This document shows positions 37,798-47,237 of a DNA stretch of 64,000 nucleotides, one piece after another. The stretch spans positions 3,657-67,656 of the forward strand of contig JAIDTL010000156.1 in assembly GCA_029060725.1 (NCBI GenBank), read 5' to 3'. The notes under the pieces were generated by a model. The model was not told where the DNA came from, did not search any database, and was given only the letters and a program-made list of their open reading frames with translations. Each line of letters starts with the position of its first letter. Positions within the stretch are counted from its first letter, which is position 1. The translations under genes and the position numbers were made by a program. This stretch comes from Muribaculaceae bacterium (GTDB lineage: Bacteria > Bacteroidota > Bacteroidia > Bacteroidales > Muribaculaceae).

Positions 37798-40451
37798 TTA
37801 AAGAGTCTAAGTAGTTCGCCGATCCAGAGTACGAGGGAGGTTGAGCCGATGATGATCAGCCAGTCTTCGATGCGGAGCGGAGTGACATTGAAAAATTCGC
37901 CGCCTATTGTCACTATGGCTATCTGCCCTACGAGGATTGCCAAGGCTATCATCACGAATCCACTCGCTCCCTTCAAATGAAATGCACTGCGTCCCGTCTC
38001 GAAGGCTCGGGCGTTGAACATATTCCAGAACTGCAGGAAGACGAAGATAGTGAAGAACATCGAAAGTTCATACTTTGTCAAGCTGCCAATACCGGGCTTT
38101 CCCGATTGCGGTATGAAAGAGAATATCTGCGTCATTGAGTCTACTGAGTAATGCTCAAAGATGTAGAGAATGCCGAGAAGAAGAATGAAGAATATGCCAC
38201 CAACTCCAATTATTGAGCGCCACATCGGTCGGTTGATGATGAAAGCCTCACGTGAGCGTGGTTTATCCCTCATCACGCTTGGCGATGGCGGAAGCGACGC
38301 AAGAGCCATCGCGGCAAAAGTATCCATTATAAGGTTGACCCAAAGCATCTGCGTTACGGTCAGCGGCGATTCAGTGCCCATAAATGCTCCCGCAAGCACA
38401 ATCAGGCAAGCTGCCACATTCACCGTCATCTGGAAGAGTATGAATCGCTGTATATTCTGATAGAGCGAACGTCCCCACATCACAGCGCGACCGATCGAAG
38501 AGAATGAGTTGTCGACAATAGTAATGTCAGAAGCCTCCTTAGCCACAGAAGTGCCGTCACCCATCGAGAGACCCACATGCGCAGCCTTGAGAGCGGGGGC
38601 ATCGTTGGTGCCGTCGCCGGTCACAGCCACCACTTCATTATTTCCCTGAAGGGTTTCCACAAGACGCTTCTTATCCATCGGACGCGCACGTGCGATTATC
38701 TTAATGTCGCCTACGCGCTCCTTGAGTTCTTCATCTGAAAGAGCTTCAAACTCCACGCCGGTGATGATATTGCGGTCAGTGTCGACGGCATCGTCCCAGA
38801 TGCCCACCTGGCGTCCGATTTCCTTGGCAGTACCCGGTGTGTCGCCGGTGACAATCTTCACCTTGATTCCGGCATCCGTGACTTCACGCACTGCATCAGG
38901 CACATCTGCGCGGACAGGGTCAGAAATAGCCACAATGCCAAGAAATGTCAGATTCTCAGCTGCCACCTTGCCATCTTTGATGACCACTGCGCCATCCTCC
39001 ACCTCTTGATATGCAAATCCTAAGGTGCGCATCGCCATATTCTGGTATTCGAGAAGCTGGGCATCTATTTCAGATTTAGTCACTCCGGCAGTATCCTTGC
39101 ACATACCGAATACAATTTCCGGAGCCCCTTTGACATATAAAATATTCTTTCCGGTCGAAGACTTCACGACGGTAGCCATATACTTGCGTTCAGTAGTGAA
39201 CGGCAGCTCCTCTACTCGCATAGCTTTCGCACGCAGTGCCGCATAGTCTACTCCACGCTCGTTGAGCCACAGAAGAAGCGCCCCCTCAGTGGGATTTCCG
39301 AGCACCTGAGGCCTCTCGCCTACCAAGTCGAGTTGGGCAGTGGAATTGACGGCAATCCCCTCGTATAAGACTTCATCTGTAGGATTTCCAAAGAAATTAG
39401 TCTTATAAATCTGCATCTGATTCTGGGTCAGCGTGCCGGTCTTATCGGTGCAGATTACGGTTGTCGCTCCCATCGTCTCGCATGCATGCATCTTGCGCAC
39501 GAGGTTGTTGGTCTTGAGCATGCGACGCATAGAGTATGCCAAAGATAAGGTGACAGCCATCGGAAGGCCTTCGGGCACAGCCACTACCACAAGTGTCACA
39601 GCAATCATCAGCGTCTGGAGCAGATAAGTGATGAAGCCGATCCAATCGAAGGGAGAGTTGATAAAATACATTATGACGCGCCCCACTACAATCAGGGCGG
39701 CTATAGCGTATGAAGCCTTGGTGATAAGGTCGCCGAGTCCGTCAAGCTGCTCATTCAGAGGAGTCTTGACACTGTCGTCGATCTGGGCGGCTTCAAACAC
39801 CTTTCCATTTTCAGTCTTGTCGCCTACGGCAAGCACACGCATCACTCCGTGCCCCTCCATGATCTTGGTGCCGCGCATCACGTGGTTGCTCGGGAAGGTG
39901 GCATCGGGGTCAAGTTGGGTGCGGTCGGTAGTTTTATGGCACATCGGTTCCCCCGTGAGTGTCGACTCGTCGACGTTAAGGGATACGGCTTCGAGCAGTT
40001 CTCCGTCAGCCGGGATTTCCTCTCCGGTGTTAAGTATTACGGTATCTCCTACCACTACATCCTTCTTCGGTATCATAGTGGCATTCCCGTTGCGCACCAC
40101 CTGCACCGGTTCGTCATCATTCACTTGGTTGAGGAGGGCAAATTCCTTGTCGGCCTTCATTTCGAAATAGAAAGCGAGTCCTGTAGCAAGGAGTATGGCT
40201 ATGAAGATACCTACGGGTTCGAAGAAGACAGTCGGACCTTCCTGCAGCCCCCAATATTCATAGCAAGAGATGCCTATCGAAAGGGCACCGGCTATCATAA
40301 GGATGATGATCAGCGGATCGCTGAATTTCTCAAGGAAGCGCTTCCAGAGAGGCACCTTTTTAGCCGGGGTCAGAATATTGACTCCGTGCGTAGCGCGACT
40401 TTCGGTGACTTGTTTGTCGGTCAAGCCGGCGAAACGATGTTTTTCAGCCAT
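37794..40451 (-). CDS. calcium-translocating P-type ATPase (PMCA type)
   Basis: TGE, VPEGLP, DKTGTLT, KGAPE, TGDGTNDAPAL, QMLWVNLIMD. Confidence 0.95.
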   Translation of the reverse strand: MAEKHRFAGLTDKQVTESRATHGVNILTPAKKVPLWKRFLEKFSDPLIIILMIAGALSIGISCYEYWGLQEGPTVFFEPVGIFIAILLATGLAFYFEMKADKEFALLNQVNDDEPVQVVRNGNATMIPKKDVVVGDTVILNTGEEIPADGELLEAVSLNVDESTLTGEPMCHKTTDRTQLDPDATFPSNHVMRGTKIMEGHGVMRVLAVGDKTENGKVFEAAQIDDSVKTPLNEQLDGLGDLITKASYAIAALIVVGRVIMYFINSPFDWIGFITYLLQTLMIAVTLVVVAVPEGLPMAVTLSLAYSMRRMLKTNNLVRKMHACETMGATTVICTDKTGTLTQNQMQIYKTNFFGNPTDEVLYEGIAVNSTAQLDLVGERPQVLGNPTEGALLLWLNERGVDYAALRAKAMRVEELPFTTERKYMATVVKSSTGKNILYVKGAPEIVFGMCKDTAGVTKSEIDAQLLEYQNMAMRTLGFAYQEVEDGAVVIKDGKVAAENLTFLGIVAISDPVRADVPDAVREVTDAGIKVKIVTGDTPGTAKEIGRQVGIWDDAVDTDRNIITGVEFEALSDEELKERVGDIKIIARARPMDKKRLVETLQGNNEVVAVTGDGTNDAPALKAAHVGLSMGDGTSVAKEASDITIVDNSFSSIGRAVMWGRSLYQNIQRFILFQMTVNVAACLIVLAGAFMGTESPLTVTQMLWVNLIMDTFAAMALASLPPSPSVMRDKPRSREAFIINRPMWRSIIGVGGIFFILLLGILYIFEHYSVDSMTQIFSFIPQSGKPGIGSLTKYELSMFFTIFVFLQFWNMFNARAFETGRSAFHLKGASGFVMIALAILVGQIAIVTIGGEFFNVTPLRIEDWLIIIGSTSLVLWIGELLRLFK

Positions 40452-40531
40452 AATCTTATTTTAATGCATAATTCATAATGCATAATGCATGATTTTCAGA
40501 GATGCAAGATGCAGAAATCAAATTTATTTTG

Positions 40532-40539
40532 CAAAGTTA
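40532..40539 (-). promoter_or_regulatory. -7 promoter element (Ca-ATPase)
   Basis: TAACTTTG(CA) on minus strand. Confidence 0.5.
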
Positions 40540-40582
40540 GTGAAAAATGCGGAGATTATTGCAAAAATTTAGATGTGACTTG

Positions 40583-41239
40583 CTAAAAAAAGCGAGTTAC
40601 GGAGACCGAAACGCGATTATCACGGAAGGAGAGGTTGCCGGGGAAAAGATCAGTCACGCCGATGGCAGCCTCCACACCGACGATGGCAATGTCAAGCTCT
40701 GCAGCCAAACCTATCTTCCAAGCTATGTCAAAGCGGCGCTGGTCACCATTCTTGCCGAAAAGATGCCAGTCGTCGCCTACCAAATCCCGATTCTTAAACC
40801 TGATGTCTCCGGCAAAAGCGTAGTTGAATTCCGGACCTGTATATACTCGCATAGGAAGCACATCGACAAGGCTGTAGGAATAGCCCACCACAACGGGTAT
40901 GCGTACCCCAAGTTTATAAAGTGAGGGATCCTTCTCTTCCTTCCCTTTCCCGTCTTCCATGATGATCAGATCCTTATAGGAATAAGAGTCGTAAAATAAG
41001 GAGAGTCCGGGCTGAAGAAATATGCTGCCGCTTAACCAATGGTCGTATACCACCCCGATTGTGCCGCCATAACCTTGACGATATCTTTCTTTGAGCAAAT
41101 TGCCTGCCTCAGTGTCGGCAATCCCCCCTACTCTGCCGGGGATATTGATGTCGAAAGCTGCACGCACTCCCCAAGGACCTTGAGCGTAGGAGAAAAGCGC
41201 AGAACCTAAAAGAGCAATGAGAATCAGAATTTTCTTCAT
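40583..41239 (-). CDS. outer-membrane beta-barrel (porin-family) protein
   Basis: signal peptide, alternating beta-strand pattern, terminal Phe. Confidence 0.75.
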   Translation of the reverse strand: MKKILILIALLGSALFSYAQGPWGVRAAFDINIPGRVGGIADTEAGNLLKERYRQGYGGTIGVVYDHWLSGSIFLQPGLSLFYDSYSYKDLIIMEDGKGKEEKDPSLYKLGVRIPVVVGYSYSLVDVLPMRVYTGPEFNYAFAGDIRFKNRDLVGDDWHLFGKNGDQRRFDIAWKIGLAAELDIAIVGVEAAIGVTDLFPGNLSFRDNRVSVSVTRFF

Positions 41240-41311
41240 AATGGGAGGGTTTATTTGATTTGTTTATAGCATAACGCATTTTCTCGCATATATATTATAA
41301 TTCAGGATTAC

Positions 41312-41427
41312 TCATGTTTTATCATGATTAACCATGATTTATCATGATATATTATGATGCAACCAATCTGATCATTGATAATTCATAATTCATAGTTCAT
41401 CGTTGATCGTTAATCGTTGATCGTTGA
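41312..41427. repeat. compound microsatellite (ATCATGATT-, TAATTCA-, ATCGTTG/A-type units)
   Basis: direct reading; overlaps the stop codon of the portal-like gene. Confidence 0.8.
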
Positions 41428-42741
41428 GTCGGCATTCTCTGCCAGCGTAGCAAGGAAATCAGTGAAAGAGCGCAGTATGTCGAGAAGTGACGTTTGAGCG
41501 GCTTCGTTTTGCTGCTGGAATAGAGTGCCGCTTGTGGAGTTGGCTACAAGTTTTCCCTGTAGCGTAGGCGAGACTCCGCTTATGTCTTCAAGCATCTGCA
41601 TCTGGATTTTGAGGAGTTCCGTAATGCCGATGTTGGCACTATTTCCACTGACCTGTGTCGGCATCGGCACCCCGGGCTTTGCATGATAGGGAATCACTCC
41701 GTTGAAACGCGACCATTGGTCAGCCACTTCCTGCAGGCTCATTCCCCTTGGGAGGGATTCATCCGGAAACAACAAGACGCCTTTGGCACTTGACTTCATA
41801 ATGAAGTCATAGAGCGTGATGAGGCGGTTTACGTAGCGTTGCTGATCAATTATGTCGCTGATGTAAGAGTGTATCTCGCCATCAATGAAGGGATATGCCT
41901 TGAATACGTAGGGATGCCTGCCGTATATGCCGCTTTCGCGCAGCAATGTGCCATCAGCGGCAAACCAAAACCTGCGCCATCCACTCTTTATATAGCTGCA
42001 CACTTTCCCCATTTTGCCTTTCCCTTCTTCCGCTTTATTCATGCCTGAGAGGATGTCGGCTATATGGCTGACCCTGAGAATAGCATTTTCTTCGTCATGA
42101 AGAATGCCAAATACTTGGACATCCTTACACCACACTTCTACGATGCTGCACACACTTTGCCCGGCATATAGAGTGGATATCCGATGATATTCGTCGGCGC
42201 TTTCGCAAAATTTTTCTAAGAGAGTGCCGAAACTTACTTTGTGTATTTCCCCTATCAGGTCGATGTCGTTGCCTCGAGGGTCATATCCTTCTGAATGGAA
42301 GAAGAAATTGTCGGCTGTCACTGGAAGGATTTGTTTATCCTCGATTTTTACGGCTACAAGTCCTGAGATCAGGAACTCTTCAAGCAGTCGTGGGGCAAGT
42401 TCTTCCATACGGTTATCGTGAAACCATTTGCGACGATTCTTATTTTTAGCGCTCACCGCTTCTTTTGAAAAGCCGGACCTTTTGACAGTGAGCAATGGCA
42501 CTTTATACTGAGCACGATAAAGACCGATTACATTCCTGAGAATACGACGCAGGATATTGTTTTTCAGTGGCACTTGTCCTTGCCGTAGGATAAAGTTTTC
42601 TTCTGATATCCATTCCTTGCCATCATAAATCTTATCGTCCCACTGGTCGCCATATACGTATCGCTTGCAACGGGAGCGTTCTGAGCGGAAAGATTCCATA
42701 CGTCTCCACTCAATCATTGCATTGTTGTAATATTTCTCCAT
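41410..42741 (-). CDS. phage portal-like protein (compact)
   Basis: YVYGDQW, VPLKNNILRR, HPYVFKAYPFIDGEIHS, DQQRYVNRL, EDISGV..LQG recall P22-type/Bacteroidales portals; ATG 42741 lies downstream of the promoter. Confidence 0.65.
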   Translation of the reverse strand: MEKYYNNAMIEWRRMESFRSERSRCKRYVYGDQWDDKIYDGKEWISEENFILRQGQVPLKNNILRRILRNVIGLYRAQYKVPLLTVKRSGFSKEAVSAKNKNRRKWFHDNRMEELAPRLLEEFLISGLVAVKIEDKQILPVTADNFFFHSEGYDPRGNDIDLIGEIHKVSFGTLLEKFCESADEYHRISTLYAGQSVCSIVEVWCKDVQVFGILHDEENAILRVSHIADILSGMNKAEEGKGKMGKVCSYIKSGWRRFWFAADGTLLRESGIYGRHPYVFKAYPFIDGEIHSYISDIIDQQRYVNRLITLYDFIMKSSAKGVLLFPDESLPRGMSLQEVADQWSRFNGVIPYHAKPGVPMPTQVSGNSANIGITELLKIQMQMLEDISGVSPTLQGKLVANSTSGTLFQQQNEAAQTSLLDILRSFTDFLATLAENADSTIND

Positions 42742-42755
42742 TTGCTTTTTTATCG

Positions 42756-42795
42756 GCAAAGATATCACATTGCGACGCTGCAATCCCCTTATCCC
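42756..42795 (-). promoter_or_regulatory. GGGATAAGGGG-N20-TATCTTTGC promoter of the portal-like gene
   Basis: same motif and spacing as 47690..47729. Confidence 0.7.
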
Positions 42796-42805
42796 ACAAA
42801 TAATG

Positions 42806-42878
42806 AAGCCCCCCAGCCCCCTAAAGGGGGAGTAAAATCGCCAATTCTACTCTCTCCCTTTAGGGGGGTGGGGGACTT
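42806..42878. repeat. REP-like GC-rich inverted repeat (family B)
   Basis: CCCCCAGCCCCCTAAAGGGGGAG ... CTCTCCCTTTAGGGGGGTGGGGG. Confidence 0.8.
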
Positions 42879-42890
42879 CGCCTGGAGGCT

Positions 42891-43910
42891 TTAGAATTCC
42901 ACAAGAATACGGAAGATATCCGGACGATGGGTATTCCAATATGCCAGGATTTCTTCAGCCTGCTCAGGCTGTACTATTGCAGATATGAGGGAGTCGACAG
43001 GGCAAGTGCCACGCTTCATGTATTCCTTCACAGCCTTGAAGTCTTCAGGAAGAGCATTGCGCGAGCCCCTTATGTCCAGTTCTTTCTGCACGAAAAGCTT
43101 TGTCTGGAAAGTGACAGGAGCCGGTGAATATCCGATGCACACCACGCGTCCGGCAAACGACACCTCATTTACAGCAAGATTATATGTGAAAGGCGACCCC
43201 ACAGCTTCTATCACTACATCCGGGCCATCACCACCGGTGATTTCCATCAGTTTGTCGTGGAAGTCTTCTTTTGAAGAGTCAAGACCGTATGAAGCCCCAA
43301 GATGCTTGGCAAGCTCAAGTTTCTTTTCGTCAAGATCCACTGCTATCACTTTTGCACCGCGCAGGGCGGCACGCACTATCGCACCAACACCTATCATACC
43401 GCATCCGATCACCATTACAGTGTCGATATCAGTGACTTCGCCACGTGCTACGGCATGGAAACCGACGCTCATTGGCTCGATGAGGGCGCATTCCTTTACG
43501 CTTAGGCCATCAGCCTCCACCACTTTTTCCCATGGCACAGCGATATACTCCTGCATAGCGCCATGACGTTGCACGCCAAGGGTCTGGTTGTCGCGGCAGG
43601 TGTTGGGACGCCTGCGACGGCAAGACGGGCACTTTCCGCAGGCTGTATAGGGATTGACGGTCACGTGCATCCCTTTTCTGAAAAGCCCTGCGGGCACTTC
43701 CGCCCCAATTTCCTCCACAACAGCGCCGATCTCATGACCCGGCACTACAGGGGAGATAGCAAGGGCATTCTTCCCAAGATACGTATTAAGGTCAGATCCG
43801 CAGAATCCGACATATCCTATTTTCAGCAGCACTTCATCTGCTGACATCTGCGGCCTCTCAGCCTCTACTATAATAACTTTCTCAGGCGATTCAATTAAAA
43901 TCTTTTTCAT
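42891..43910 (-). CDS. Zn-dependent dehydrogenase, putative L-galactonate dehydrogenase
   Basis: CGSD, GHE, CxxCxxC..C, GCGMIG; context with AKR and amidohydrolase. Confidence 0.8.
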   Translation of the reverse strand: MKKILIESPEKVIIVEAERPQMSADEVLLKIGYVGFCGSDLNTYLGKNALAISPVVPGHEIGAVVEEIGAEVPAGLFRKGMHVTVNPYTACGKCPSCRRRRPNTCRDNQTLGVQRHGAMQEYIAVPWEKVVEADGLSVKECALIEPMSVGFHAVARGEVTDIDTVMVIGCGMIGVGAIVRAALRGAKVIAVDLDEKKLELAKHLGASYGLDSSKEDFHDKLMEITGGDGPDVVIEAVGSPFTYNLAVNEVSFAGRVVCIGYSPAPVTFQTKLFVQKELDIRGSRNALPEDFKAVKEYMKRGTCPVDSLISAIVQPEQAEEILAYWNTHRPDIFRILVEF

Positions 43911-43929
43911 CTTAAATTATTTATTGAGC

Positions 43930-43980
43930 CAATCAGACTAATAAGACTAATTGGACTAATTTGACTAATTAGGCTAATTA
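43930..43980. repeat. 9-mer tandem repeat (GACTAATTN-like)
   Basis: agactaata agactaatt ggactaatt tgactaatt aggctaatt a; includes the amidohydrolase stop. Confidence 0.8.
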
Positions 43981-44904
43981 CTCAGACATATTCTTTATAT
44001 AAGGGAGCTCGGGGAGCTCTCTGAAGCCGTAGAAGCGGCAAGCATTCTCCCCAAGGAAGAGGCGCTTTTCCGTCTCGGTCAGGCGCGAAGTCTTCAGGAT
44101 GAAGTCGTAGCTCATTCGGTAGGTGATGGCAGTGATGGTGCGAGGATAGTCGCTACCCCACATCAGTTTTTCCATCCCCACCAGGTCGGCAGCCTCCTTA
44201 ATCGCTGTCACAGCCCCATCGAATGGATAGAACTCCGAGTTGAATAGCCATGTGATGCCACCTGACTCGATCATGACATTAGGATGCCTTGCCAACTTTA
44301 TCTGTTCTTGCCAGCCCGGACACGTCACCATTCCAAAATGCCCGATGGCAATCTTCAAGTCGGGACATGCCGCGATCACATCCTCCATCTCCTTCACCTG
44401 AAGATCTCCATCTGCGAGTGTGATTGAGAGGATGATGCCATTCTTTTCCATCAGACGGAACATCTCGAGCATCTCTCCGGAATTAAGCCATATTCGGGAG
44501 TCCCCTTCAAGTGGAAGCCTATGAGCAGGGATAGCAATGGCTTTAAAACCTTTTTCTATCAATTTTGCTGCCTCCTCCACGAATCCGGGTCGCAGATAGT
44601 GGCACATGCCGCAACAGAGGAATCTATCGGGATAGCGCCTCTGTACATCTTCAAGATAGGCATTCTGATTGCCGTCGATAAATTCTTGAGTCACTACGGC
44701 AGCCGCCACTTGCGCATAGTCCATATTGGAAAGGAACACTTCTGCACTATTGCGCCCATCAATCATAAACGGAGGAAGCATCTGACGCTCCTCCCCAAAG
44801 AAATCCGCACGTCCATTGGCAAGTTGCCTGACCCTTCCACCCCCCGGCAGCTCAGCATACTGCTGCAGCCACAAATGCGCATGCGCATCAATAATCCTTA
44901 TCAT
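43978..44904 (-). CDS. amidohydrolase-2 family, putative L-galactono-lactonase
   Basis: DAHAH, GHFG, LMWGSDYP. Confidence 0.8.
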   Translation of the reverse strand: MIRIIDAHAHLWLQQYAELPGGGRVRQLANGRADFFGEERQMLPPFMIDGRNSAEVFLSNMDYAQVAAAVVTQEFIDGNQNAYLEDVQRRYPDRFLCCGMCHYLRPGFVEEAAKLIEKGFKAIAIPAHRLPLEGDSRIWLNSGEMLEMFRLMEKNGIILSITLADGDLQVKEMEDVIAACPDLKIAIGHFGMVTCPGWQEQIKLARHPNVMIESGGITWLFNSEFYPFDGAVTAIKEAADLVGMEKLMWGSDYPRTITAITYRMSYDFILKTSRLTETEKRLFLGENACRFYGFRELPELPYIKNMSE

Positions 44905-44908
44905 AATC

Positions 44909-45841
44909 TTATGAGTTTTTCCAGCTTACACGTTGCTGATCCCCTATGATCTCTTTCACTTTCATGATCAGCTCCTCCGGGGCTTTTTCGGCTACGTATG
45001 CTATGTTGCGGCGTACGTTGTCGGGGTTGGCGGAGCTGAAGAGCGTCGACGCAATCCGCGGATTGTCTACACTATATTGGATAGCAAGCTTCTCGATAGG
45101 ATACCCAACCTCATTGCAGTATTCTGCAGCCTTGCGGCAAGCTTCCACAAGAGGCTTCGGTGCCGGATGCCAGTCGGGGACACCGCGATTTGAAAGAAGA
45201 CCCATCGACAACGGAGATGCATTTATTACCCCGATTCCTCTTTCTTCGAAGAAAGGAAGGAAGTCGACGAGTTTATCATCGTTAAGGCAGTAATGGCAGA
45301 AGTTAAGCACGCTTTCTATAGTTCCCGGCTTTGAGTGCTCTATCACCCATTTGAGGTTTTCAAGCTGCAAGTCGGTGATTCCCACATGTCCTACAATACC
45401 CTTTTCACGAAGTTCGACAAGCGCCGGCAGCGTCTCTTCCACCACCTGATTCAGATCGGCAAACTCAATGTCATGTACATTGATAAGATCTATATAGTCA
45501 ATGCCGAGACGCTCCATGCTTTCGTAGACACTCTCTTGCGCACGACGCCCGGAATAATCCCAAGTATTGACACCATCCTTGCCGTAGCGTCCCACCTTGG
45601 TGGAGAGATAGTATTTGTCGCGTCCTATTCCACGCAGAGCTTTTCCAAGCACTGTCTCTGCCTTGTAATGCCCATAATAGGGGGAGACGTCGATGAAATT
45701 GATGCCACCTTCAATGGCAGCGTATACAGCTTCTATAGCCTTTCCTTCGTCGATGCTTCTGAAGACCCCGCCAAGAGAGGAGGCTCCAAAACTCAGTTGC
45801 GACACTTTCATGCCGGTACGTCCGATTTCTCTGTATTCCAT
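44909..45841 (-). CDS. aldo/keto reductase, putative L-galactose dehydrogenase
   Basis: FGASSLG, IDVSPYYG..AE, STKVGRYG, HDIEF, NASPLSMGLL. Confidence 0.85.
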   Translation of the reverse strand: MEYREIGRTGMKVSQLSFGASSLGGVFRSIDEGKAIEAVYAAIEGGINFIDVSPYYGHYKAETVLGKALRGIGRDKYYLSTKVGRYGKDGVNTWDYSGRRAQESVYESMERLGIDYIDLINVHDIEFADLNQVVEETLPALVELREKGIVGHVGITDLQLENLKWVIEHSKPGTIESVLNFCHYCLNDDKLVDFLPFFEERGIGVINASPLSMGLLSNRGVPDWHPAPKPLVEACRKAAEYCNEVGYPIEKLAIQYSVDNPRIASTLFSSANPDNVRRNIAYVAEKAPEELIMKVKEIIGDQQRVSWKNS

Positions 45842-45903
45842 GTTGATTTAAAGTTTTGATTTTTGTTAGGATATCAGATTATGCTCCAATTTATGACGAT
45901 AAC

Positions 45904-45998
45904 TTATCAGCTCGAAGAGCTGTCATCATGCCAAAACCCCGGACTTCAGTCCGGGGCTACACGATAAAGGCTCAGTAGCCTCGGAGAGGCGCTTTATG
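45904..45998 (-). repeat. REP-like dispersed element family A, copy 3 (inverted)
   Basis: reverse complement reads CATAAAGCGCCTCTCCGAGGCTACTGAG..CCCCGGACT-GA-AGTCCGGGG..CAGCTC-TTC-GAGCTG. Confidence 0.85.
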
Positions 45999-46063
45999 AT
46001 ATAGTCATAATTCTCACTCATGATCCAAAACCATACTTAATTGCAAAGACTGCTATGATTGTG

Positions 46064-46071
46064 CAAAGTTA
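46064..46071 (-). promoter_or_regulatory. -7 promoter element (AKR operon)
   Basis: TAACTTTG(CAC) on minus strand. Confidence 0.45.
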
Positions 46072-46095
46072 ATCAATAATCGGGATAAAACCAAA

Positions 46096-46587
46096 TTATA
46101 ATGGCCAAAGCGGACGGACTACTCCTGATAGATGTGGATGCGAGACCGAAGCAAGATTCCGGAGCGATGCAATGGCGTCGGAAGCTCGCTCTTGCCAGAT
46201 TTTGGCGCCTGGAGGGATGATGACGGCAGTGCGGTCTGCCATTACGGCGGCTACAAGATATTCATGGATCTTCTCCCTGATGTAAGAGACCGAGGATGAA
46301 GGCAATGGAAACAAAAAAGAAAACTGCCATGATTCCGGACGTTCAAGATCATTTGCAAGAGAAACCCTACATTGGGGAGACAATATCTTTTGAAGAGCAA
46401 GCCGTATCTCTGCGATGGCAACGCCGAGCACACGCCATACCCTCTCTACGTTGTCCTTCTCGCATATATCCGCCATCTCATGCCGGCGATGGCGGTCAAG
46501 CTCCGGATGCAGCTCCGCCTCAAGCCACGCGCCACTGCGTATATCGTCGAGGACCTCCCTTGATTTAATGCATAATTCATAATTCAT
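46096..46587 (-). CDS. small phage-like helical protein (adaptor/connector-like), paralogue 3
   Basis: RHEMADICEKDNVERVWRVL, IHEYLVA; similar size and layout to its neighbours. Confidence 0.5.
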   Translation of the reverse strand: MNYELCIKSREVLDDIRSGAWLEAELHPELDRHRRHEMADICEKDNVERVWRVLGVAIAEIRLALQKILSPQCRVSLANDLERPESWQFSFLFPLPSSSVSYIREKIHEYLVAAVMADRTAVIIPPGAKIWQERASDAIASLRNLASVSHPHLSGVVRPLWPL

Positions 46588-46596
46588 AATTTATCG

Positions 46597-47085
46597 TTAA
46601 TCGTTAATCGTTGTCCTTGATGGTTTGGTGCGTTTGCAGAGGGATTCTCGTAGGAGTTCGAGACTGGTTTCGGAAAGACGCTTGTAGTCTTCAGTGTCCT
46701 GCTTGTTGGTGATCATAAACCATTCGGAGGTTGCAAAAGCAACAATATACTGATGGATAGCCGCAATTATGGAGTCAGTGGCAGCTTGATTGAAATTCTC
46801 AGGCATCTCAAGGAAGAGTTCTTCCGACTCTGTACTTATATTGAGCGTATTGTTACCTTGAGTATCGTGTCCCGTCAACACCTCGGCAAGCTCAGCTTTC
46901 ACCTTGGCAAAAGCATTCCCTATACTGCGGAGTATTTGATTGAGGTTCTCGTCATCATTGTTAGCCTGCATCAGTGCAACCTGACGATAGTTTTTGCCGT
47001 CACTGCGGCTTCTGCCTGTAAGGTAGGTCTTGTTCTGGATATCGTAGACGAGCTCCTTGACATTGATGTTAATTTTGATAAGCAT
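46597..47085 (-). CDS. small phage-like helical protein (adaptor/connector-like), paralogue 2
   Basis: ELVYDIQNKTYLTG, IHQYIVAFATSEWF. Confidence 0.5.
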   Translation of the reverse strand: MLIKININVKELVYDIQNKTYLTGRSRSDGKNYRQVALMQANNDDENLNQILRSIGNAFAKVKAELAEVLTGHDTQGNNTLNISTESEELFLEMPENFNQAATDSIIAAIHQYIVAFATSEWFMITNKQDTEDYKRLSETSLELLRESLCKRTKPSRTTIND

Positions 47086-47098
47086 AATTATTATTTTT

Positions 47099-47237
47099 AA
47101 TTTAGAATTTAGAATAATTGAGAATTGAGATTTTGGAATAATTCATGATTACCCATGATTACCCATGATTACCCATGATGAATCATGATAAATCTTATCT
47201 AATAATTCATAATTTATAATTCATAGTTAATAGTTAA
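47099..47237. repeat. compound microsatellite (AATTTAG/AATTGAG, three CATGATTACC, TAATTCA/TAGTTAA)
   Basis: direct reading; includes the stop of 47227..47661. Confidence 0.8.
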
